Origin: Nemertoderma westbladi
Lineage: Eukaryota; Animalia; Xenacoelomorpha
Length of the DNA stretch: 64,000 nt
Assembly (NCBI GenBank): GCA_032718475.1
Contig: JAUCBJ010002763.1
Span: 13,009 to 77,008 of the forward strand
Direction: 5' to 3'
Position numbers and translations under genes: made by a program. Below the pieces are notes generated by a model. The model saw only the letters and a list, made by a program, of their open reading frames with translations. It was not told the DNA's origin and did not search any database. Below, one piece after another: positions 1 to 12,800 of the stretch. Each line of letters begins with the position of its first letter. Within the stretch, counting starts at the first letter, position 1.

Positions 1-1651
1 GTATTTTTACATAATTATTAGTTCTATACTAATTCTCGTTGTCTCTTATTTAAAATAAAAAGTCGGTTCCTTATCGGGCCGCTAGGCCCGTCACTAGTTA
101 GGAACCGAAGGTTACTTTCTGTAAGAATTTGATGTAATAGTAGTAATAGTAGTAATATTTTGAAGCGAAATAACATTAAAACGGCTCTAACAATTTTGTT
201 AATTAAAATTTTGCATAACGCAATGTTTTGATGACCACTATCATTTCCCGCTGGTCCCATCTCTGTCCATAGAATGTGGGCTCGAAAAATAGTCATAAAC
301 AAAAAAACGCCATAGGCGCATAGATAATACACCAGCTGGAGCACATGAAAAATGTATAGAGGGCCTAGTGATTCTATTCAATAGAGAAAGGGCCAACTAG
401 CAAGGATGTACTCTCTGTGCCAAGTTTTTATTTAATCACTCACTCTTTCAACCCAGACTATAAGCAAACATTAACTAGATTAGTTTGTAATCTACTATTA
501 TCCCACCAGCTGAATAACTCTTCCCCATGCTTCCTACAGTAAGGGAATATCTACAAGGTGGTGGTGGGTTGTAGGTCAGCGGAATTAATTTTAGTTACAC
601 ACATAGTGCTGGTTACCGTTAATGGTACTATACTCATCTAATAATAAAATAATAATTGATGTATTTAAAAATCCGAGAGGGAGGTGAGTTAATGACTTGC
701 TTGGCAAACATTAATTATATTAATCTGTCAAACCAAAGGGAATACAGAGTGGGATCTACAGTACCTGTCTCTGTATAACTTTTTACCCAGCTGATAGCTC
801 CTTTAATCCAACACAAACTGTTGCCCTGGATTCAATGAATGCGAATGTCTATTACAGTATGTTCCTGGGAAAAGCTGGCCGGCCACCTGAATGACTTTTT
901 AGTTATAGAGTAGTGTACACGAGTGAGGCCTAACTCTCTCAGCGAACAATTATAATTATACTATGGCTAGTTATATATTCCAATATTGGCTTCCGACACA
1001 CACACACTGAAACCTACACCTAAGTTCGCTGGTTATTCGCAGTTCTGACTCGCCATATATGAATCTAACTGTAGGGTACTATTGATAAACTATCAATTAA
1101 AATCAGAGTTTGGAGGTCTAATTATGTTTTGCAACATTAATACTATGAGTGGTGTTTGGTATAATATATAATTTTGATGTAGACAGGATATATGTTGCCC
1201 TAACTGCTTTAATAATTATTAGGAACAGATTATGAGATATATGAGTTTCTTTTCCCTAAATTGAGAATTTAACATTGAGGCGGGATATTAATTCGCCAAG
1301 GTGGGTTTTGCATCCACTTCCCCCCCTGTCTTCTTTGTTCACTACCTTGGTGCAATTTTTTATTATAAATGCTGAACATACATGCAAATTACAGTATTAG
1401 TATAGGTAGTGCTGGCTGATACTGGGTGCTCATATTTGCAACCATTTGTAACAAATTGTAACCAGGGACATCAATTCGTGACAAGGTGCTCATATTTTTA
1501 ACCAAACACATTGATTCGTAATGCGGAAATACAGATTTGTAACCAGGCGCTCAGATTCGAAACTGGTTTAGAGTTGATATCCTGAAAAAAATAGTTAGCG
1601 GCTTATGGCCTGTAAAAATATTAGTTTCGGTTTGGTTTAACTTCGGTTCCT

Positions 1652-2650
1652 TCACGGCGTCTCGATGCCGTCTTTAATTGGATCAGTACATGGATGTTTG
1701 GTTGTTTCACAGTCCGTGTTGGGGTGAACCAGTTGCTGAACAACTTTAGTGCCAGAGCCCATGCAGGTCATCCCTGTGTTGTTCGCTTTATGTTTCCTCC
1801 GAGTCCCATTGCTGTTAAATGCTACGCTTTTCGAACAAACATCACATGATGAGTGGCTGTAGGAGCCTTGGCTATAAACTATTGTGGATGTATTAGGCTG
1901 GTCAGAAGTACATTTTAGTTGGTCGCCACTAATGGGAGTGGAGTTACTGATAAATGGCGCCACACCATCCCTGATATTATTGTCATTTTCTTTTCTGTGC
2001 CTTACAAGAACTGCCTCATTTTCAATTTCATTGCAAACACTTTCGCGATAACGTGTAACTATTGAGTCATCGAGATTGCTAAAAGATCGTCCATTTAAAA
2101 GAATCGAGGCAAAGTAACAAACAAAAGCTCCACAGTTGTGGCCATTTTGCTGGATCTTTGGTAGCTGCATGACAATGCTAAGAAGCGGCTGAGTGATGTC
2201 GAAGTCGAGATGTATTTCGGCTATCCATCTCTGTAATAGTTCCAGTGATTCCTGAGTCCTCCATGCTAGCGAGTCAAAGTACCATAGCTGACTGGTCTTT
2301 GGAGAGTAAACAGGCATAACCCAATGGCAGTTACTAATGTTGAAAGGGAAAAACAAAAAATCAAAGTCCAAAAGGTCAGACGTGGTTGAACATTTCACAC
2401 CTCGGAGTCCTTTATGCTTGAAAATCAACAAGAAATTGGAATTAAAGACCTTGGCCGAGCTACTTAATTTGGTACATAGGTTCTTAATGATGGCTTCAAT
2501 AATGTTGTCTGTTAACCACTTGTCTTTTGAAAGTGAATAAATGTCATCTGAAGATATGTTCATCCCACTAAACCTATACAGATCTACTGAACAAGGTGGT
2601 ATATCATTTTGAAGTACACTGTCTGAAAGATCTATACATGTGTTGTTCAT
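1652..2650 (-). CDS. Ulp1/SENP-like (peptidase C48) protease plus a C-x2-C...H...C zinc-finger motif, intronless; probably the 5' part of a transposon ORF
   Basis: WLTDNII, P-F-N-ISNC-HW, YFDSL and QQNGHNCGAFV give the Ulp1 His-Asp-Gln-Cys set; CDVC...GTRRKH...CMGSG resembles the N-terminal Zn finger of CRE-type non-LTR elements. Confidence 0.8.
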   Translation of the reverse strand: MNNTCIDLSDSVLQNDIPPCSVDLYRFSGMNISSDDIYSLSKDKWLTDNIIEAIIKNLCTKLSSSAKVFNSNFLLIFKHKGLRGVKCSTTSDLLDFDFLFFPFNISNCHWVMPVYSPKTSQLWYFDSLAWRTQESLELLQRWIAEIHLDFDITQPLLSIVMQLPKIQQNGHNCGAFVCYFASILLNGRSFSNLDDSIVTRYRESVCNEIENEAVLVRHRKENDNNIRDGVAPFISNSTPISGDQLKCTSDQPNTSTIVYSQGSYSHSSCDVCSKSVAFNSNGTRRKHKANNTGMTCMGSGTKVVQQLVHPNTDCETTKHPCTDPIKDGIETP

Positions 2651-2698
2651 AATTAGTAGGTGATTGAGGAAAATGAATTATTAAAGCACTAACTCAGT

Positions 2699-3823
2699 AT
2701 TATAATACAATGGGTTACATTATATAAAAGTAAATATATATTAAATTTTTATTTCATTTCAACCACTTACAGGAGCCAAATTAGCAAAAAAGTCAGACAT
2801 TTTAAACCTATTTCAATGTGTTCAATATTTCCCTGGTACTCCTTTTTTCATAGTGATTAAATAGTATTTTATCTTATAATTTGTTAATAATATAATATAA
2901 TGTAATATATGGCTAAGAAATCATATGTTTCATATTAAATAAATTAAATATATACACAATAAAATACATCATATTATTTAAAATCGAGAACCAAATCAAA
3001 CAAGAATTTCCAAAATCATTTATCTGGTAGTGGCGGTTTTTCTATAAAATACAGCCGTAGGGCTGTACGTACACAGGTTGGAAACCTTGGGTATCCTGGT
3101 GCAATTTCTATAATGCTTTGTTTCTGTAACAGCGCCTTTGGACATCCAGCAACCACAACCACACAGTCCTCCACTACTGGTCTCCAATTATTAGCGATCC
3201 TGCATCTCTGTTGGTGGTAACCGTTTGAGACTAATTGGCCCCCAGAACGGAACGGCGGCGCACACCAGTATGCTGTGTCAGGCCTATGGGCCCATTATTA
3301 CCGGGGATATCAACGGCCAATAGGATTGCAGTTGCAGAACTGTTTGGAGAAGCAACACCAAAGTTTCCAATAGAAGGCACGAGCCCTCCTAATGTGGTCT
3401 AGTTGGGATATCTCAACTTTTTGCAGTAAATTATTGATTGTAATAGAACGCCCCACAGAGTGAATTGAAATAATTGGCAGGTTAATTCTTGGTGGAAAGT
3501 GCGATGTAACAGGTCAGCTGCTAACCTTAAAATAGTATTATCCCGAGGACCACTTGTACCCCAACTGATAGGCTCGGGGTAATCACCTTGTCCGATTATC
3601 GAGAACCTTCCGCAAAAGTTATCCTCATAGATGATCCACCTATTAATTGATCAAAATAAATGACATAACGAAATATATCTACGATTATTGAATTAGATTT
3701 ATTATGTCAATAATTATGATGTATATTATTTGCTGAATATCTTAATAATGATGGCGAATTTTTGGACATAATTATATTTAAGACATACTAATTGTAATAA
3801 TGTATGTATTAATATTATCATAT
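2699..3823. repeat. 1.1-kb segmental duplicate (copy A) of 27747-28853, containing one crystallin exon
   Basis: Direct, near-identical sequence with a few small indels. Confidence 0.95.
3526..3639 (-). CDS. Crystallin gene exon (WIIYEDNFCGRFSIIGQGDYP...RDNTIL), near-identical copy of exon 28556-28669
   Basis: Same splice sites as the other copy; phase fits after exon 6128-6282; two substitutions relative to the other copy. Confidence 0.7.
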
Positions 3824-6800
3824 GGGCCGAGTAAATTCACGCTGTATAAAAATAGCATATAGTATAGTACAGCAGTACTATGTACTATTAATCTGCTATC
3901 TGCATCTGCTATCTGCATTCTGCTTGACCGTATAGCCGTGTTGGCTAATCTACATGACTGAGATTGGTAATAAATCGCTGGCCGGCGGTGGGGTGCCTGA
4001 TGGCACTTCGCCGGGATCGGTTGGCGTGCTATCTGGTGTTGCTACACGATCACTTGTCTCTGTCTCTGATGTTGGTATTGGTGCTGAGATAGATTCGCAG
4101 GTTACTGGTACCGGTTCGGGTACCGGTAGCGGTAATTTGGATTTCGGTAGTGTGGTTCAAGGACACACTCCAAGCGTCAGTTCAACTATTGTTAACTCGT
4201 GTCTATCTGCTGTGCTGCAGGGTATTATGTGAATGTGCCATCCAGAGATTTGGTGTCCTCAGCAGTTAGAGACCAGCATGGACTCCCTTAGAGGAGTACT
4301 GGAACTACTGCTGCTCTAAATAATCGGACCTTAAGTTTCCGATTAATTCTCGGTGACTTCCAAATCCTGGAAAGCCTATTCAAGGCTGCCCATGCCTTTC
4401 CCTTACGTATTCGAAGGTCCTCATCTGACTTCCGGATCCATGATCCCAGGTACTGGGGCTACTTTTATTTTTCATCAAAATTATAAGTCCCTGCTTATGA
4501 AATTTTAACTTTTTAAGGTTTGGTAGTGTTCATCTATAGTTGTTTCACCAACAGCCCACATTTTGTTGGATTTCATTGGACGATTACAAAAATATAGTGG
4601 GTGGGCCGAATCGCCCCCCCCCCCCCCCCCCAGTGGTGCTAATGGTCAAAACACCCCAGTGGTAATAGAGTTAATGTCATGCACTTCATTTTAGTTTATT
4701 TGAACCGAAATTGTGCTATATCATATTCTGACATTACGAACAACTGCAACTATAAAACTCAGTTATTCTTTTGGCATCCAGCCTTTCAGAAACCACAAGC
4801 CACACTTTTCCATTTATTTGTTTTCGCTGGATTAAAGGCATTATTAATTGTCTCTACAAGGTGCGATGTGAAAATATATAGAGGTAGATCTATTAGTTTC
4901 GTCACCATTAACCCTATTACCAGTGGGGGGAGGGGGGTGGGGGGGGCGAATCGGCCCCCCCCCCCCCCCCCTAGTTTTTAGTTTTTAGTTGCTGTAACTA
5001 TGCAACCACATTACGTACCGGCCCAATTTTTATTGAGAATTAGCCAAATTTAATGCCGCAATTTTTGCAAAAAACGACGTTGCAATTGGATTTCTAATTT
5101 TCGATGTGGGTGCCACCTCAAAATTTGGTCTCCAGCACCAAATTTTTTGAAATTTTCCAATTTTACAAAGTCATTCGTGATTTAGTAATTATTTATGTTT
5201 GGGCTATATTGATTGGTTTGGATCACTATAATGCTCTATACAAGTATGTAAGTGTAGTGGTACGTAATTTTTGGAGCACCAAAATTAGGGCGTGGCACTT
5301 CAAATTTTGAAAAATACGAGATTCGTAAAATACACTAAAGTTTTGATTTCGAAGCATTTTTATTGGTTTTCTGGAGCGCTGAATCGATTGAAAGTGATAT
5401 AGAAGCCTGAAGACTTAGTTGGTCGACATTTTTGGTGCACCAAAATTAGGGCGTGGCACTTCAAATTTTGAAAAATACGAGATTCGGAAAATTTACTAAA
5501 GTTTTGATTTCAAATTATTTTTAAAGGTTTTCTGGAGCGCTGAATCGATTGAAAGTAATATAGAAGCCTCAAATCCTTGGTGTACGTAATTTTTCGGTGC
5601 ACCAAAATTAGGGCGTGGCACTTCAAATTTTCAAAATTACTTTATTCGGATAAAATACTAAAGTTTTAAGGATGCTACGCCGGGTTCATTGTGTCAAGTA
5701 CAATGCCCACATCTCCAACCAGACACTATATAACATTGGAGGTGTCTCATTGGTTCCCCCAAGCTTGACACTAGAACAAAATCGCCTCCGCTTTGCAGGA
5801 CATTGCTTTCGCCGTGAGGACCAGCCAGTGCATAATCTTGTACTTTGGCAGCCTCATGGAGTGAATAAGCATGCTGGACAGCCCATGACTTTCTTCAGAC
5901 GCATCTTAAAGGACACTGGCCTTGAAGATGCGGATGATCTAGCAAATGTCATGGGTGATAGGGAGTTGTGGTGGTGCAATTTTGTCGATAAGCCGGCACA
6001 GCATTCTTAAAAATGCAGCTGCATTGCAGCATGCCGATCCTAGTATTAGTAGTAGTATTAAGTAAGGGACCATTCCACCCCATCTAAAATTAATAAATAA
6101 TTAAGCAGCTATACAAGTAAGACTTACCTGCCACATGTAACTTTTATAGATGATATCAGTTCGTGTTGGTGAGCATTTATAAAGCCACCGCTTGGAACTC
6201 CCCCACTAAGTGAGAAATATTCTCCTTTATAATCAATGTCATTGTAAAAGGTTATCAAAGGCGCTGAACAAGGCTCTTCAACCTAAACATATAAATCAAT
6301 AGAGTATATTAAATATTATATTGTATATTAATTATATTATAATTATAATATAATAATATTTTAAGAATTCAAAAGGTGACAACTTTATGACCAATCTCTA
6401 AAAATTTATTTTTTTATTATTCGTTTTCTCTAGCCAAATCTAGCGGGTTAGCCAAATCTAGCGGGTTAGCCAAATCTAGCGGGTTAGCCAAATCTAGCGG
6501 GTTAGCCAAATCCCTGCGAAACACATACAAAAAAATTAATAAAAAATATTATTTTTCCATAATTGTGTTAAAATGGAGGAAAACCTTTTTAGAACATCAT
6601 TGAAGGGTTGCTTTAAATTTTCAAATTTAAATTTTAAATTTTCAGAAAATAGTAGCGATTTTTAAGGGGGGGGGGGGGGGGGGGGGGGGTTAACCCCCAG
6701 TCTTTTTTTTCATCATATTTTTTTTTAATGTGTTTTCCGATGTGAAATTTTATGGTAATTCCGAATTAGGACAGTAAAGTCAGAGTGTAGTATTGGTACT

Positions 6801-9800
6801 GTAAGACTGTACAGTACACTATAGTTACGTTCACCTGTCACTCTGCTGCTCTGTTTACACCAGCTGCGCTGCGCCACTCTGCCACTTGCCTGGCTGTCAC
6901 TGTTCAGCAATAGCACTAAGGAAGGTACTGTATGCCGTAATTCCTAACTGCCTACTGCTGTACTGTCAGACTGGACTGTGTACCCTGGTACCAGTAGGCT
7001 CTATTGTGCTAGAGGTCTTTTCATTTAATATGGGAAATACATCTGTCAGTCTGTGCATAACGGACCAGTACAGATGCAAATGCAGACAATTAAATGCTAT
7101 TCAATGTTTATTGTTTTGATTCCCCCAATAATGGCCAAACAAGCCTCTGTTAGCTGCTCCTTTAAATGACAATGCAGCAATGGGTCTGGTCAGCCAGTTA
7201 ACAGATCCGGCTGGCTGTCCGGTCAATTGAGCAATAATGGGTCCGTAGACCAAATACCAGTATATAGGCAGTCTGCCTATTGACAGATTGGTACCAGCCT
7301 GCCATTACTGCATGTATGCAGGTACCTCCAACTGCCCAACACGCCTCTGTAACCTGCTCCTTTAAATGACAATTGGTCTGGTCAGCTGGTTAATGGATCC
7401 GGCTGGCTGTCCAGACAATTGAGGTGGTTAGTTGGTCAGGCCACTTTGAGTTAAATAACTTTGGAAAATGTAAGGACCTCTAGCACGATACTCCCCACCC
7501 GTGTAGATATGATGAGTGAGATGTCTTCGAGTACGGAACTGGTACTTCCGGGGAACTGGTTCCGGGGGTACCGGTTCGCAGTTCTAATGTTATTGGACTT
7601 ATATTAGACGAAAATCTACCACTTATTGAGAATCCTGCCACTGAAAAAAATTTACTCGAGGCGGAGGGCAATCCTACCAGCCATATCGTACTAAAGTTCT
7701 GCTCATCTGGGAATGACGACCCTGACCAATCTCATTTAGATAAATGGCAGTGGATCTGGGGGGGATCGAATACCTTTAGTTACCTTGCAACGTTGCAATG
7801 GAAATGTACAGCCGTTAGTGAGTCTGAGAAGAAAATTGATGAAATATTTTTACTGCGAAAAGTCATTATTATAACAGACGGCGAGGGAATACTTGGGAAC
7901 AATTTCAACTCGATATTAATAACCTAATGGGAGACGAAATTATCCTTAAAATATGTAGCATAATATGGGAAGCACGTAAGTAAAGATAAATACCGCAAAG
8001 TTCATACGAAAATTATAGATGTTCGGCGAACCAATTTGTATAGAAAAGTGTATTTTCATATGAACAAATTGATATTTGAAAAATAATGCTTAAACCCACA
8101 GCGCTTAAAATTTGTAAACTTCAATGTGCTTGAGCACACCCTAAAAATTGAGATATGATGCTCAAATTTTTTTTGGTGTGTTTTCTCATAGAATGGACCC
8201 AATTGACACCCTGAGCGATCAAAAAATCACATTTTCGATTATTAAGAGCAACCCTAATGTTCGCGGCACCTCGGTAAATACAGATGTCGATACCGGTACC
8301 AGTATTGTTGAATACAAATGGCATCAAGGGCGCAGGGATCCAGGGTCTCTACAATTGAATCCCATTAAACTTATACATAGATATGAAATAACTACCACTG
8401 GGAGTACAATACCGGTATGAATGCACCTGCTAGTCCAATTCCAAAAGCTGCAAATGTTGCAACTGAATCTAGCCCTATAGTTATTGATTTAATGGATTCT
8501 GGTACTGATGTGGTTGTTGGAGAGCTGGAAGAATCTCGACCAAACTACCAATGCCAATTTACCTCTATGCCTCGCAATGTGTCTAAACCATGGCAAAAAA
8601 TTATAAGTCTACTCATTTTGCTATTATAGTACATGATACTACCATACTAAAATAGCTTATTGATTTTAGGCACACGTACTGGAGAGAAAAGAAAGGAAAG
8701 TGGCAGGTCCACCCAGATATAACTCAAAGCTGATTTGGATATTCTCAACAGATCACTTGAACTTAAACTCAGATAGTAACTTTGTAATGTTTAAAAGTTA
8801 AGCTTAGTTAGTTTATAAAAATATATCAGTACCAAACATTTCATTTGTGTTGCTTTCAAAAAAATACTCGCGATATTATTAGAAATCCCTTTGAATACAA
8901 TATAAGTTCAACATTATAACAGAATTTGAAATCATTCTGAATAGTTTAATTAATTAATATATTTTCAAGTTGGTGTACATATAGTATAGAATATAGTAAA
9001 TCCAATGTTTATAATTACATCAAAGATTCTAACTTTCGTGGCTCGCCACATCCCACATACAGTATAGCAGTTGCAGGTAGTGCTCTGAATGTTTCAGTTC
9101 GAATAAACATTTATATTTTCTACAGTTCCACTTTCGCAAATAAATTAGTTTCAGTTCAAGTTTCATAACAAGTATAAGTATTAAGTTTTAGTTTTGGGGA
9201 ATGGATATGTTAATAATATTAATAGTAGAAGACGAGCTTAGGAGGCGTTCAGAAATGATGTCATGTTTTTTTTCAGCAAATTTTGAACCCCCTCCCCCTA
9301 TGTCACAGTCGATAGTCGAGTAGCTGGAACAGCTTTCGAGCTGTTCAAGCTACACGCGGTCTCCAATCCCAAGAATAGTATATTATTCAAACAAAATTAC
9401 TTGAGTCTTTAAATATTTAATACTATATTATGTCTACAAAACAAATTTCAAGTGCAATGTTCAACTGTTTAGGGATATAGGAGGAAAAATATATATAATC
9501 GTCGTTATCATTACCAGGACATTCCTACTACAGTCTACAGAATAATAGAAGACCATTGTTCGGATTTTTTGTGTCTCATATTCTTACATTTTGCTGAGTC
9601 CGTTTCATCGATGATAGAACATCATTACCCAATGGAATTAAACTATCACTTTCACGATAATATCCAGGGTTGATAACGACTGATCTGCCTGTATATGAGG
9701 AGATCCTGAAAGATTCGAAATTTATCAGTTAATTATAAAAATTTACTCATAAATATAATGATTAACTAAATATGATTTCAAGATAGTCTTGTTATGCTAC

Positions 9801-12800
9801 TCAAAGGGGCAAACACTACCACAAAGTTGTGGTCGTATGACATTACCTGGTGTTAGTTATTTAAGAACCCACAACCTCCGAGAGATGTGAATTCATTGTA
9901 ACCACTACACCAAGGTCTCTCTCTTTAAATAAGAAAATGAATTGAATAATTAATTAAGTACACATTTTATAATATTTTAGTCAATAAATGTAAATTGATT
10001 AACTTACTCGAACAATTCCCATTGTCCACCAGTTACTATGGCAGACGAAGTGATGTCGCCGAAGTTCCCATGGTCGTTATTAGCATGTAGAGTTTCTTGA
10101 GTGGTTGTGGCTTTAAACATTCGTCCCCCATATGACGGGTGTTCAAACACAGCTATACCATCCTAAAAATGACAATACGAATATATATATATATAGTAGT
10201 GTGACATGTACTGCCACTATGACTAGGTCCCAAACCCAGTCAGTATCACAACGTGAGGAATAATGCTGTTGCCTGTCTGAATGCTTGTGAATGCTTATCT
10301 GTTGCCATTATATTAAGGATAAACTTTTCGCAATTGAATTTAATAATGATCTATTGAAACTTACATTTGGCAGTGCCCTAACTGATGATAGTCTATTGTA
10401 TAGGAATGGACTCCAGGCACCGCTATTGGCATATTCTCCTGGTCCAAGCACCTTGGACATACCATCAAAGTTACTTTCATATAGAACCCACCTATATGGA
10501 ATATAATAATGTTATATGTTATTAAATGTGACGGGAGCCAACAGAGTTGGCAGTATCAGCTCCCGACCGGTATGTGAGTTGTACGCGTTGCCGCGTCCGT
10601 TAGCTGCTGAGCTGTCGATTTGATTGTGGTAATAATAGGCCGAAGGCCGTTGGAAATAAACTGAGTTTTGTTATCAGTATTAATAATCACAGTAATCGAT
10701 AATAGCACAGTCTGAATATAATAGCACGCAATACAGCGGTTAGTGACGAAGGTCAAAACTGTTCCGGTCTCACAAGGTACATAAGGAAACCAACTAAACT
10801 ATTAATCAATAATCACAATGGTTATATCATTAACACATATTACATTAGCCATACACTACAGGGTGGCCTAGGTATCCAATAGATGCGCTCTATTCACCCC
10901 CAATGTGCTTTCCCTCCCACTATTGGTTTAACCTGATTAATTGTCACCTCGCCACTCCCTGTTGCCCTTGTCCTTTGTGTGCTAGCCTTACTAGCTTGTT
11001 TGTCCCTCTGAGGTGGTTTGACCTCTCACCTCTCTCTGTGGCTTACAGCGTGTGTCACCCCAGTTGGTTATGAGGTGAGATTATTATTGCTATTCTCACC
11101 TCGCCAACTATATTGGTAAAATGCCACTAATCCCATTTTCGGTGGGTAATGTACGGAATTTAAAGCTCACAAAATGTTTATAAGGGATTGTTATGCTCAT
11201 ATAGTAATGAACTTATTATAATTCGAAGTACTTATTATAATTATAAATTATTTAACTTACATCCCACAATGAATACGAATACTCTTAACTGCATCGTTGA
11301 TATGACGTTTGTTAAAGGCATTGGTGTCAACATTTCCATTGGCATGAAGTGTCTGACCCTAAAATAACAATAACAATGGTAAAGTATTTTGTTGAAGAAA
11401 TTTACTAGATAGACACCTATCTATCATAGGTAGCGATTAGCGGTTTGCATTTCTGTCCAACCTTTCACTTTCTCCACCAGCAAAGCAACATTCAAACATT
11501 GCTGTGTTAGCATACCAAATACGGAATTGTAATGGGATCAAACCCATCAAGGACCTCCCACCTCCCAGCAAGAAGAGTTACCACTACAACAGCTAAGGTG
11601 ATAGTTTATGACAATATGAACTCCGATATTATAAGAAATATAACTAATTTGTCATATTTACCTTAAAGTCATCTTCTGAATAAAGAGTTATTTCATGAAG
11701 GCATCCACCCGGAGATTCTCCAGTTTTCTTTACAGATGATATTGTGTTGTCTCTAGTGGGTAACAAGGCGTCAAAACCTGGGTAGTATCCTGGTCTAAGT
11801 TCAACCTTTATGCCAGCATAGTTGGGATACCTATGGAGCAAAGTGAATGAGAAATAAAACAATTGATTTATAAATGGAAAAAGAGGAAGAATGTGAATGG
11901 AGTTTGAACTAGCACTAAATGTCTTTCCGCTCTTTACACATCATAACGACCATGTATCAGTTAAAACCTGAATAGGTTCTTCTGAATAGGTTAGAACAAA
12001 TTATGAGGACTAGTACCCCATTTTCTCAATTTCTGAATAAGTTTATCAGTCACCTAGCATTTTATTTCAAAATAAGCTCAACTACATTTAAAACATTTGT
12101 CATATACGTGCGTATATAAACATATATAGTTATTTGGTTTTCATAGTTGATATTTTAAATGATAACAAATTATTTCAATGTCCCGCGTTATTTCAATGTC
12201 TTCACTACAGTATCTATATTCTGTTTAAAATATAATGTATAAGTATGTTAAAGTAGTATGTTAAAGTACAACAATTGATCAATAAATAAAGGAGTTATTC
12301 ACATAAATATACTCACTCATAAAGGGTCCATGTTCCACTAACAACTATTACTGAACTGATTACATTGTTAATTATCGAATGATGAGTATACAAATCTGTG
12401 ATATCCTGGTGTAGAGCCATCTGGTTTCCTTCATAATTCGGATAATCAAAGAGCATAATCCCATTCTAAGAACAAATTTAAGAAATGAGAAATAAGATAT
12501 GAGATTTAATAAATGAAATGTATTGTAGTAGAATGTTAGATAAGTTTCTTGAAAATGTTTATAGATTATTTACTATAGAAATAATTATATTTGTTTACCT
12601 CATAATTTAGAAAAGAGTTGAAATCGTTGCAGAAACTTGTTACAAGTATTTCCTTAGAGTGTTTTTTGTTTGTTTATTTTTGCTTATGCTTCAAATTTGT
12701 ACTCAATTTGATACCCTTTGTCAATAAGAGTCCCATATATGACCACAGTTATATGTATCTGGACACCTATATTCAATTATCCATCACTTCAATTCTGACA

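Noticed and set aside
787-886. Next crystallin exon after 3526
   Set aside because: Has a plausible acceptor but no crystallin motif in the frames read, and hits stops
10528-10773. Solo LTR (tgtgac...ctcaca)
   Set aside because: TG...CA ends are present but I found no matching target-site duplication
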